A stretch of 64,000 nt of DNA from Amphiscolops sp. MND2022. Its lineage: Eukaryota. Position numbers and translations under genes: made by a program. Location: contig OZ076409.1 of NCBI GenBank assembly GCA_964187785.1, forward strand, positions 68,636,001-68,700,000. The letters run 5' to 3'. Below, one piece after another: positions 39,485 to 50,461 of this stretch (the first letter of the stretch is position 1; each line of letters starts with the position of its first letter). Under the pieces are notes generated by a model that had not been told where the DNA came from, searched no databases, and worked only from the letters and a program-made list of their open reading frames with translations.

Positions 39485-40199
39485 ACGTTTGCTTCAAAAA
39501 CGGTTGAAAAGCACCCTATTTGTGAATGTTTGACGTTATATCCAACGTATTTATTATTTTTGGGGAGAACAAAAGCAGAAAAATATATTTTCGCACCAAA
39601 ACGCCCCCTCAATTGGTTAACTGCTTGGTACTGTAGAAATGACAATTTTTGAAAAGAGAACCATTGATGCTATAAAGCCCCTTCGCCCTTTTTGAGCCCC
39701 AAAGGGCGCCAACTTATGCCGTTCCCTGCTTGTTAGCTTGAAAAGCATCAAAAATTTTTTTTCGAGTAACGTCCAATCCGAACCGGATAACGTTGCCTTT
39801 TTGATTTTTTTCCTTGAATTTCCATTCTTGTGTGAATACCACTTACAATCAAACCTCTCTTATTTTCAGATTTTTTTGAGGAACCGTCACGTTACTTTGA
39901 AAATTCTCAATATCCAAAAGTCTGAATATCAATCATTTGGAGCTACAGTCTTGAGTAGACAATTGGTTAAAAGTTTGCCTGAAATCAGAGACCACCTTGG
40001 AAGAGCAACAGTACTTGTGTTCAAAACTGTTGACAAATAATCTCCGTTGCTCTTTTTTAGTTTGTTAACTAACAGCTATCTAGCTTACGAAAGAAGCTTT
40101 TTATCATTTGTGAATAAACAGTGCGCTACAGTAAACATTGAAATCTTATCCGTTTCATTGAGCATCCTTTCCGAAGCATACTTCATACTATACAAAAGT

Positions 40200-41265
40200 T
40201 GCCCTTCCCGATCTTAAACAACGACCACACCAGTGAAAAACCATAGAGAGGAATAATCGTCTAATACATCAAATGAAAGATGTATTCATATGGGCAATTG
40301 GACAATCAACGATCACTGAAATGACAAAATCGGTGACGAACAGAAAACCAAACTCGTCACCTTTATACCGACTTTTTGTATTTTTTAGATTTCAGTTTTT
40401 TCCAGTGAGGAATAAGCACGACAGCAGAGCAAATGTTTCCAATTTTGAAAGGGAACCAGGAAAATCGACAGCAAAAGCCTGGAAAGTATTCTCGAAATTG
40501 AAAAGAACTGTGATTTTGTAGAAAATACAACGGCAGATTGCTCGCATCAAAAGTTCTATCCGGAATCAGAAAAACCACAGGAGTCAACGACCTGAAAAAG
40601 ACGATAAAGAAAGGGGACATGTCGGTCGAAGCAAGTACCAACACAATCCAGGAATAAATGTACGACAAAATGAATGAATACAAAGGTTCAGAAGAAGATA
40701 AAAAATATTAAACATTAAACAGAAGGAGAAAAAAACAACTAAAATCAAGATAAAGAAAAACAAAACATCTTCAAAAATCGATTTCTCCAGACGTCTTGCA
40801 GCAAATTGGAACATGCAAAATGGCTGTCCAGTCAAAACGAAAAAGTTCTCGAATTGTGGAAAATTGGGCACTACGCAAAGTTATGCCAATCGAAACAAAC
40901 AACGGACCGGAAAAAAAACATATTCACCAGACTCCGAACCAACAAGTGCCGAAGAGGACTAATGTTTCATTAGCAAGTTCACTCAATTACCAGAAAGGTC
41001 CACTTAACAAGACAAAGATCCGAAGACAGACAACGATTCCTTACCACGACGTTATTGGTTAATACTTGTCTAATCAATTTCGTAAGTGACGTGGGATCAC
41101 CGGTCACACTAAAACCTAACTACAAAGTCAACAGAATCACGCTGATACACCCCCACCGAGCGAAATACAGAGATGTAAACAACAACAAAACCAAAACTGA
41201 ACGCGAAACGATAGCAAATATCGAACCAGCCAGAGAAAAGAAGACACTGAACAATGTTCAACAGC
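40200..41265 (+). pseudogene. Old Gypsy relic, gag-protease part
   Basis: DVFIWAIGQSTITEMT...FRFQFFPVRNKHDSRAN (gag-like); a decayed Cys-containing knuckle-like segment near 40820-40890; FVSDVGSPVTL..KYRDVNNN (aspartic protease, D-T-G-S-P-V-like). Confidence 0.65.
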
Positions 41266-41559
41266 AACAAGACGGGAACATCTCAAGTCGGTGCTATATC
41301 TGAGGCTCAAAAAGCGCAAAACATTTTTTTGGAAAAAAAACTTGAAGTTTTCGAAAAATAAATCTTTCGGAAAATGTCGGACAGTGCCAAAAATGTGAAA
41401 AGGGGACCCTTTTTGATTGATAAACACGCATTCTGTAGCAAAATAACATAAAACCCAACCCTTTGAAGACATTAAAAAATTTCGAAAAAAAAGTCACACA
41501 GTGCCGAAACAATTATCGAAGGGGGGACCCTTCAGTCCCGTCCGGGCTTGTAGGTAACG

Positions 41560-41800
41560 AGTAGTAGGCTATTTCCCGATATATCCCGTAATAAAAAAAA
41601 TGTTAAAAAATAATATATTTTCAAGGCAAATCATCTAAAATTAACGTTTTTTTCACAACTAACTTTTAAAAAGTAACATATTTTCAAGGCAATTCACGCA
41701 AAACACCAGCGAAGCTGTATCAAAAATAACGTTTTTTCACAACTAAAAAATTGACAAAAGAAAAATCAAATAACAAATTGTTCCAGTGGAAATTTTTGTC
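41560..41800 (+). repeat. Polinton left TIR
   Basis: Reverse complement of ~55120-55408. Two copies of the TATTTTCAAGGCAA sub-repeat; ends in a TTCCAGTGGAA-centred palindrome. Confidence 0.9.
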
Positions 41801-41818
41801 ATTAAAAATAATTAATAA

Positions 41819-42215
41819 ATGAATTGTTTGTCATTCAATGAATTTGTTGATAAATATGGATTAAAATATGAAGCAACCTCCAATTTTAAAATAAAAGAAA
41901 TTCTTGATAAACTAACAATCCCAGTAAGAATTTACATGAGAGATGATAAATTTACCACAACAGCAGGTATAGTTAACTTACATCCAACTAAAGGAACACA
42001 CTGGGTTATGTTTTCTGGTAAGTTTTATTTCGATTCATATGGTTGTCCACCTCCAACTAGTATACTTAATCACATTAAAAAAAGGTATCTATTCAGAATA
42101 TCAATTTCAGAAAAATGATAGTTATTGTGCGGCGTATTGTTTGTATGTGTTGTATCTCACAAATATAATTGGCTTCAAAAATGCAGTACTAAATTTATAC
42201 TATCAAAATTTATAA
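41819..42215 (+). pseudogene. Polinton adenain-like cysteine protease (frameshifted)
   Basis: GIVNLHPTKGTHWV...YFDSYGCPPP, then a frameshift in the A-run near 42080 to YSEYQFQKNDSYCAAYCLYVL; the His/Asp/Gln/Cys catalytic set is present. Confidence 0.85.
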
Positions 42216-42440
42216 TTCTTAAATGAAGAAAATTAATAATTATTCAGCTCAATTTAAAATTATTCAAAAACCAATGAATACCAATGAGAATCAATTTGAT
42301 GAGAAAGAAAAAAATAATCAAAAAAAGAAATTATCAAAACAAAACCAAGAATTCATAAATGAACATCCGCAAGTGGATTTAAACAATTTAATCTATAATA
42401 AGCGAAGCTTCGAAAAAAGTGACTCATTTTTTTCTAGAAA

Positions 42441-42982
42441 ATGGATCTATCAAATTTTGTGACCTATGATAAAAAAGAATCTCTTTTATTGAGTATTGCA
42501 AAATCTAATTTGGATATTGTTGAAATTACCTTATCCAAACCACAAGAAACTTTAGAATTTAAAATGAATAAACAAAAAGAATCTTTTTCATTTGATGTTC
42601 CATTGGAATTGCCTGAAAAATGGATGATGGGAGTAAGAAGTTAGGAAGTATACAACACTGTATAAACATTACTGAAAAGAACAATAAACTTTTATAATTA
42701 TGATAACCAGTTATGATAACAACCACAGACAAAGTTTATCTGAAGTGTGACTGCGTAGAAGGTTCAATTGTTAATGGTGTACGAGAACAAATTTTTTTTT
42801 CATTTAATCTTAGTGCTCCTCCCGGATATAAAATTATAAAAGAACCCAATATTATTTTGTATAAAAAAATAAACAAAACAAGGTTAGATAGTATTCAATT
42901 TTTCCTTGAGGATAACAATCATAACCCAGTTAATTTCAACTCCGAAACATTAACATTTACAATTCAAATCATCAAGATTTAA
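42441..42982 (+). pseudogene. Polinton minor capsid (penton-like) protein, disrupted
   Basis: FSFDVPLELPEKWMMGV* ... DKVYLKCDCVEGSIVNG..FSFNLSAPPGYKIIKEP..YKKINK..IQFFLED..VNFNSETLTFTIQI, the pattern of Polinton minor capsid C-termini. Confidence 0.65.
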
Positions 42983-42994
42983 TCTTAATAAATA

Positions 42995-43395
42995 ATGAAC
43001 TTTAATAAATTTAAAAATTATTCATATTGTGTTGGTGGAAAACACTATTCCGCTACCACAAATATTCGTGGAGATATTACTCAAAATAAAAAACAGGAGC
43101 ACCTGTTAAATTATTAGGAGGTACTTGTTCAACTTGTAAAAGTAATAAATCACTTATAGTATCTGATCAAACAATTCAAGCAGAAGGATTGAGTAATTTT
43201 TTTAAACATTTGGGCTCGGCAGCCAAGAATGTCGGAAAGAAAGTACTCAAAATTCCAGGAAGAGCATTAGAGCTAGCAGCAAATATTGGAACTGCAGCAG
43301 CAAGTAAAAATCCTCGAATGATAGCTGCAACTGCTCCTGATATTATAAAATTTGTTCATCAAGGGAAAGGTCTGGTTGTAGGTAAAATTCATTAA
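42995..43395 (+). pseudogene. Small virion protein: Cys/His zinc-ribbon-like N-terminus plus amphipathic helix (adenovirus protein VI-like); one frameshift
   Basis: YCVGGKH...GTCSTCKSNKS...IQAEG-LSNFFKHLGSAAKNVGKKVL. Confidence 0.45.
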
Positions 43396-43444
43396 ATATT
43401 TCAGTAATTAATTTTAAATTCAAAATTATTATAATAAATAAATT

Positions 43445-44556
43445 ATGTATTCAATTCATAATCGAGATGATTTAGAAAAATTAAAAAAATTGCAAGAATC
43501 AAAATCTTTAATAAAAGCTGAAAGATTAAAACAACTCCTAGGGAAGCAAGACTTTCATTACGATATGGAAGAAGTCTTTGAACCTGTTACTGTAAAACAG
43601 GCTGAAGCTACTAAAAACCAGAAACAATTATCTGAAAAACAAAGAAAATCTATTAACCAGCAAACCCAAGCAGTACGTGATTCTTCTCAAACAACAGTAC
43701 AAGCAATAGAAAATCAAACACAGGCTATTCGAAAATCGAGTAAAGCTATGAATACAAATTTACAAAAATCGACTGAAAAAGGAATACAGGCCATTGGCCA
43801 GCAAACCCAAGGGTTTGTAAAGGAAATGATGCAATTACTAACCGTAATAATCAACTTGGTACAGATTTTGTTAATTCAAACCAAGTTGATTCAAGTATTG
43901 TAAAGACAGTTTCCAACTTCCTGAACACCCAAAGTCAATTCAGATTAGAACCTGTGGAAGGTAATCCAAATTTATTCATAATTAATCCTCTTACTAATCC
44001 TCAACAGGTATTAATCAAAGGTTCAACGATGACTTTCCAGAATGGTAACACATATAATTTAAATGATCCGTATCTTTCTTATTTTATAACTAATGTACAA
44101 ATAGATAAAGAAATACAAAACGAGAATCTAAATTATAATTTTTCAAAAGATGTGAAATATGATCTGAATTATGGAGATAAGAAATCAAAGAGGTACTGTT
44201 TCATTAAACATTTGATTAATCAATACACCTATCGAGAGATTTCTTATCAACAATCCCAATTGGGAAGTTGATTAAATCAGTATACTCGGGCTAGTAGCCC
44301 AAGCAAATCTTCGATTTGTACAGGTCAAAGACCTGCAAGTCCTGTGGTTTGTATCTTCCTCCCATCTGATCCAGATGAGCTTGTAGATCATTTTAAACTA
44401 ATCGTGTTAGAAAAAGTGGGAGGAAATGATAATCCTATGCTGAGCGAACAAATCATAGCAATTGTAGATAAACTATTACAATACCAATGTATTACAACAA
44501 ATCATCATCGAAACCTTATAAGCACTTTTACTAAAAAGGATAAGTTTGTGGATTAA
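43445..44556 (+). pseudogene. Polinton uncharacterised coiled-coil protein(s), disrupted
   Basis: ORFs 43445-43903, 43954-44271 and 44344-44556; EEVFEPVT, Q-rich coiled coil, and C-terminal FLPSDPDELVD...GGNDN motif. Confidence 0.5.
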
Positions 44557-45565
44557 ACACCTTGAACTCCGGATTAGATTCATTACATATCATGTATTTT
44601 TTGTCATTTTTATCTTCTAACCTGTTTAATAATAAATAGTTTTACTTCTCCAGCCATGCTTCTCTGAATAAACTTTTAAATTCATCATAAGACATATCAA
44701 AACCAGCAATATCTCTGTATATATGTTCAACATCTTTCAATGTTTGTTGAAATAAAATTATTATATTCGAATTGTTTCTATTTGTTCTTTTAGGCAAATC
44801 GAAATATGACTGTGATAAATAATAAACATCCAGATCCTTATGTCATTCCCTAGTAAAAAATGGATCTATTAATTTCTGAATACTATCCAACATACCAACA
44901 AACACAACACAACAATTTTGAAAATCTTGTACTGTTCTATCATCTAGATCTTCTTCCACTGAAACCTCTTCTAATTCAAAATTCGAGTACCGTAGGGCAG
45001 CTTCGCTGTATTGTTCAGGACTCCTCGTTAATATTTTTATTTGTTGTTCAGGATTATCCAAGCGAGTTAATTCTAACTTGTTTAATAACAAATGGGTCTT
45101 TCCACGAAATGATGGGCCAACTATCAATGTCCTATTTCAATTATTATGCAAAGCCAGCGTAGCTGTATCAATTTGATTATTATTATCATCAATTTGATTA
45201 TTATGATTTTCATTATCATCATCAATTTGATTATTATCAATTTGATTATTATCATCAATTTGATTAATATCATCAATTTGATTATTATCATCAATTTGAT
45301 TATTACTTAAATATATAATACATCTTTTTAATTGTTTTAATAAAAAAGTTTTATTGAATTCCTTATTACAGAATTCACATTTTACTTTTTTATTGAATTA
45401 TTCTGTACATGTACTATACAATTTATCATTTTTATATTTGAAAAAATCTGTTTTCAGTATATTACACACTTTACATCTTTTTTTATTACTACAATCATCG
45501 CACAGCTTTGCTGGCTTTGCATACACAGAAGTTTCCTTACTTTTTCCACAAATTAAACACTTCAT
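44531..45565 (-). pseudogene. A32/FtsK-like packaging ATPase 1 with N-terminal Cys-rich domain and NNQID repeats
   Basis: One frame from ATG 45565: MKCLICGK..CDDC..CKVC..CTE*..CEFC, then (D)DNNQI repeats, then LIVGPSFRGKT (Walker A), decayed Walker B CVVFVGML and FFTRE* (TRGRH-like), YYLSQSYFDLPKRT.RNNSN. Stop at 44531. Confidence 0.8.
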
Positions 45566-45733
45566 TTATTTAGTAAAAAAATCACTAAGAGCACTAAGAA
45601 AATAACTAAGAGCATGATGTTTCAAGTGTAGCCTTATATGCTTAGTGCTCAAATAATGCTCTTAGTAAATTTGCTTAGTGATTTTACTAAGAAAATTACT
45701 AAGAAATCAAACCCATTTTTTTGGGTACTTATT

Positions 45734-46729
45734 TCATTTTAAACTAGTCGTAATGCCTGCTTTACCGTAGGCGATTGCTTGTTCCATTATTATATTCTGA
45801 AATTCCTGTTTAAGTGAGTCTGAAATCAGTGGTTGTTGCCATCTATCGATGTATTTGTCTATTTTAGATTCATTTACTTCAATTTTATTCTGTTTACAAT
45901 AATATACATATTAATAACCTACATTAAAAGGTGTTATTTCAATTGTTTGATCTGACGTTTCTTCTGAAAACACCTTGAGTTTGTTGTATTCTTCACCTGT
46001 AATGAAATAACTTTCATATTTTACATAATCCACGGGACTCCATTTATGTTTAGTTGTATCATATTCTACTTGGTAGTTGTGGTTGAGTATTTTATACTTT
46101 TGTGATCTAGTATCAAATTCAATTACACCAAATTCTAACTGACTACGATATTGTTTCCAACTTAATTCTTTGATTGCATAAGTTTGTCTTATGGTTTCAA
46201 AGAAACTATCTGGATTGTTAATTGTTATGAAGATCTTAAAACAATTCTCTGTTACAACTTGAAGAACATCCTTTGCATAGTGTGCAAGATAAATAACTTG
46301 TATATTATGATAACTACCAAATTTAAACAAATCTTCTACTTTTATTCTAAGGATTTTATAAGCACCTGCATCGTCTAAAATTATCGTTCTATTTGCAAGT
46401 TTCTCTATTTCTATTTTTTCTAACTGCGACAAAGGTATATAATTATCTTCAAACTCATTTTCATCTCTACCGAATACTAAAAAATTTGTTTTAGTTTGAT
46501 CTAAATATTATTTCAAGAAACTAGTCTTACCTGATCCACTGGTACCATAAATTAACATATGACAATTTGTATGCGAAAGTGGTTTAGATTGAGATACTTC
46601 TTCAGGTTGATTAGCTAAATGAGATTTTTTAAATCCCTTGAATTGTTTTAGTTTTTGGTAAAATTTTTCGTAATGTCTAGGTCTAATATAATACCAATAA
46701 ATATATAAAACTATAAAAAAATTACACAT
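45734..46729 (-). pseudogene. Second A32-like P-loop ATPase
   Basis: HMLIYGTSGSGKTSFLK (Walker A), RTIILDDAG (Walker B), FKFGSYHNIQVIYLAH..KDV..ENC; internal stops at 46508 and 45911. Confidence 0.75.
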
Positions 46730-46769
46730 AATAAAGCTATATAAAATTTTTTATTCATTCAATAATAAA

Positions 46770-47629
46770 TAATTGAAAGAAAAGAAGAAAAAATTGCTAA
46801 AGAAACATTTTCTCCTGTAATTAAGAAGTTTTAAAGAATTCAAATACAAACTCACTATGAAGATGAGTGTTGGAGTATTGATCTGATAGACAGGTCTAGC
46901 TTAGCAAAATACAACAAAAACTACAAGTTTATTTTTACATTAATTGACAATCATACTAAATATGCATGGGCGATTCCTCTTAAAGATAAATCTGGAAACA
47001 GTACAACAACTGCATTTAAAAGTCTTATTGAAAAAGCAAAAAGAAAACCTGATAAAATTTGGTCAGATAGAGGTAAAGAGTTTTATAATAAAACATTTTT
47101 GGAATATCTTAATCAAAATGAAAATCAAATTTTTTCGACTCAATGAGATTCAAAAGTTGTTTTTGTTGAACGATTCAATAGAACACTTTTGGACTTAATA
47201 AAAGAACCCATGTACATTGAAGGAAAAGCTTGTTGGTTGAATTATCTAGGTACTGCTATGGAAAAATATAATACTCGTGTGCATACCACAACCCGCATGA
47301 CACCTTTTGAAGCTAATAAAAAACCAATAGATCACCCTACCTTCTTTGTTAATAAACCGAAACAACCCAAATTCAAAGTCGGCGACTATGTAACAGTTCC
47401 TGATAAACGCAATTTATATAGTAAATGTTATACAACAAATTGGAATAGAGAACTTTTTAAAATACATAAAATTAATCCAACTAACCCAGTTACGTATGGT
47501 TTAGTAGATGAAAACAACGAACAAATAGAAGGAAAATATTATGAACAAGAACTTTTAAGAAGTGTATTCAATTTTAAATCTAACAACAAAACGTTAGAAA
47601 GTATGATTATTTTCCATCGTTATGAGTAA
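46770..47629 (+). pseudogene. int: Polinton retroviral-like (DDE) integrase
   Basis: WSIDLID..FTLIDNHTKYAWAIPLKDK..IWSDRGKEF..VERFNRTL..YNTRVHTTTRMTPFEA..FKVGDYV..TTNWNRELFKI..GKYYEQEL; two in-frame stops. Confidence 0.92.
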
Positions 47630-47646
47630 TTATATTTAAATAAAAA

Positions 47647-48279
47647 ATGTCAATTCATAAATTTGGTTATAGTGCCGAAAGCTTACAAAAAGATAAGATT
47701 GAGAATCTAGAAAAAGAATTGGAATCACAAACCAAATTATTCAACTTAAAACTTAATGATATAACTGATAACCTACAAAAAGTACAAGAAATTATTTTTG
47801 ATAATGGTGAAACCAAGGTAGTAGTCAATGCAAAGTTATCCTTAGACATAGACAAAAATATCGAAGACTTGAAATTCAACCTGAAATATTTAGAACAAGA
47901 TATTAAAAACAAATTATTAGAAAAGAAGAAAGAAATTATTTCGGAAGCAGTCAAACAAGTCAATGAACAACAAGTCATTTTACGTAATCACTTCGAACGA
48001 AACATTTTTGTAGAATTTGAAAAATGTAAAAATCAAGCAGTCAAAGATACTACTCAATTATTATACAACAAAGGATTGTTTGACTCATTTGAAAATAAAG
48101 ACCAAATCTTTATTGAATACTTATATTTTAGTGATGAATACTTGTTGGAAAAATACGGAAAAGAAATACAGACATCAGATGGTGTGTACTATTTATCAGA
48201 CTTAAACTATTCAACGCGAGAAGATATCGTGAAGTGCTTGAAAAAAGATGAATACAAAGATATAGTTGACCTTAAATAG
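47647..48279 (+). CDS. Polinton accessory coiled-coil protein of unknown function (210 aa, intact)
   Basis: Uninterrupted ORF between integrase and MCP with K/E/L-rich heptads; no recognisable motif. Confidence 0.55.
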   Translation: MSIHKFGYSAESLQKDKIENLEKELESQTKLFNLKLNDITDNLQKVQEIIFDNGETKVVVNAKLSLDIDKNIEDLKFNLKYLEQDIKNKLLEKKKEIISEAVKQVNEQQVILRNHFERNIFVEFEKCKNQAVKDTTQLLYNKGLFDSFENKDQIFIEYLYFSDEYLLEKYGKEIQTSDGVYYLSDLNYSTREDIVKCLKKDEYKDIVDLK

Positions 48280-48384
48280 AGAATGAAACTAACCGATACT
48301 GAGATAAATTTTATACTTTTTGAAAACTAATTTGTAAAATTTGAACTAAATACTTTATAAAATTGAGTTTTTATTTAAAATGAA

Positions 48385-48916
48385 ATGAGTGAAAAATTGT
48401 ACTCATGTTTACAACAAAATCAGAATCCTGATAGTCTTGATTTGCGATTGAAAGAAAAAAATAGTTTTAATAATTCAATTCAAAAAATAAAAGATATTCA
48501 AATTTTTTTTAATCATGAAGCTAAAAAGTATAAAAGAAATTTAAAAAATATACAAGCTTATAAACGGTTTAATTCAATCTATTGATGGAGTTTTATTATT
48601 GGGTGTTTCTTCAACTGCTATCGCATTAAGTGTTACCGGAGTTGGACTTATTGTGGTACCCATCGCGAGTGGTATAGGTGCAGGAGTACCCATAATCAGT
48701 AAAATTCTTAACGAATACCTGAAAAGAAAAGAACAACACAATATTAAAAAATAAACTCTTGCTTGTAGAACACTACATGATTTCAGTAAACTACATTCAA
48801 AATGTTTAGAAGACAATAAAATTGATCTGAATGAATACAACAAATTAAAACAATCTTATGATACATACAAAACGAACAAAACTAAACTAAATTCTGAGTT
48901 TACTTTTTTAGGATAA
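48385..48916 (+). pseudogene. Polinton accessory membrane protein, frameshifted
   Basis: ORF 48385-48585 continues in another frame as GVLLLGVSSTAIALSVTGVGLIVVPIASGIGAGVPIISK...CLEDNKIDLNEY. Confidence 0.5.
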
Positions 48917-49056
48917 ATTTTTTAAGTAAAAATAATATAAATAAATTTTTAAATCATCATCATAAATATTTTTTCTTTACAAACCAAAGGTTTACAAACC
49001 AAAAGTTTGCAAACTAAAAGTTTGTGCAGATAAAATTGAATATTTTTTTTATATAA

Positions 49057-50286
49057 ATGGATTTATTTTCATTGAAAAACAAATATGCTATGGATAAACC
49101 TATTCATAAAATTGATTTTATTAAATCCTCACCTAGTAGTTTAGCTACAATTTTTTAAAGTAATTCAAATCTTTCCATCATCTTCCCAAGAGAAGATGCA
49201 TATATTTGTTTGCAGAATTCTTTAATTAGTCTAGAATTTGAAGTTCTTAAAAACGATAATACAAGATATGCTGATGGTGATCAAAAAAGCTTGGTCAACT
49301 TTGGATCCGTTGTTTTATTTAGTGAAGCTAAACTTGTAACATCATCAGGAAAGCATCTTGAGAAAGTTGATAGCCTACACCCGGTGTGTTTAATGTATAA
49401 ACTTTTAACAAGTACCCAACAAACAAGTCAATTGATGTACGGATTTGAAAAATCACAAGCAACTAGAAGACAAGAACTAACAACAAACAAAACAGAAAAA
49501 GGAACCTTTTTTCTTAGAATAAAACTAAAAGACTTGTTTGGATTTGCTGATCGAGAAAAAATAACTTATGGATTGGGTTACACTCTTACTTTAAAACGAA
49601 ATAATATTAACGACCCTATCATCAGGGACAACGGTGTTGATGCTGCAAAAAATGTTATAAAAGATATAGGTTGGTACATTCCACACTATATTCCTAGCTT
49701 AGAAAACCAGCAACTCGTGATGGATCAAATATTAGACAAAGATCCAACTGAATTATTTTTTACCGGAAGAGTTGTTTTTAGAAAAGATGTTAACACCAAT
49801 AACAATTGGACATTTGAATTAGGCAACAGTGGAGAATCAACACCAACTTTTGTAATTGTTGGATTTCAAGCTAGAAATCAAAATGATTCACAATCACACA
49901 ATAATGCAACATTTGATAAACTCCCAATCAGTAATGCTGTTTGTAAAATAGGATCAGAAAAATATCCCGATGATGGAATAGAATGTGATTACGACCGCGA
50001 CAAAGATGATCAAGCATACAGTGAAATCGAAAACTTTTATCACTTAAAAAGTGAAACTAACCTACTCAACCCATTTATTGATTTGCACAAATTCAGAACA
50101 AATTATAATTTTTATGTATTTGACCTAAGCAAACAAAAAGATCACATTGCTTCTCAACCAATTAGATTAGAATCTAAATTTAGTGCTGCCATTGATGTAG
50201 CATACTATATAGCTTATGCCCTAGTCCTAACACCCAAGCTGATAAGTATCAGTAGTGATGGACAAAGGTATTTTGATTTATTATAA
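49057..50286 (+). pseudogene. Polinton major capsid protein (double jelly-roll), one early in-frame stop
   Basis: ATG 49057 is in frame with ORF 49210-50286, with a TAA near 49156. Beta-rich ~410-aa protein with LFSEAKL, IKLKDLFGF, LTLKRN, WYIPH, PTFVIVGFQ, YPDD, FYVFDLSKQ. Confidence 0.8.
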
Positions 50287-50461
50287 GCAAAGCTCTTTCA
50301 GTAAATAAATACAATATATAAATTTATAAAATGATAAGGAATCTCTGATATCAGAGATTCCTTATTTAAAAAATATAATTTTACAGCTTATAATACAATA
50401 AGCTGATATATAATAAAGAAATTTATAAAATAGTTTTTTTATTTTTATAAAATGAACAAAC

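Larger units (their letters stand above)
33016..39734 (+). mobile_element. HINE-like element, copy D, interrupted by a Gypsy element
   Basis: 5' end TTTTTAGTCGGAGCTTTTC..GAAAAG..CGACTATTACAGTG at 33016; 3' end GGGCGCCAACTTATGCCGTTCCCTGCTTGTT at 39704-39734. Confidence 0.6.

Noticed and set aside
48976..49024. Three 15-bp repeats (TTTACAAACCAAAGG-like) upstream of the MCP gene as a regulatory element
   Set aside because: Real but short; could be simple slippage, with no evidence of function.
41810..49060. TAAATG motif at several Polinton start codons (41819, 42223, 45565, 49057), resembling poxvirus late promoters
   Set aside because: Too short and AT-rich to separate from background or an A-rich start context without statistics.
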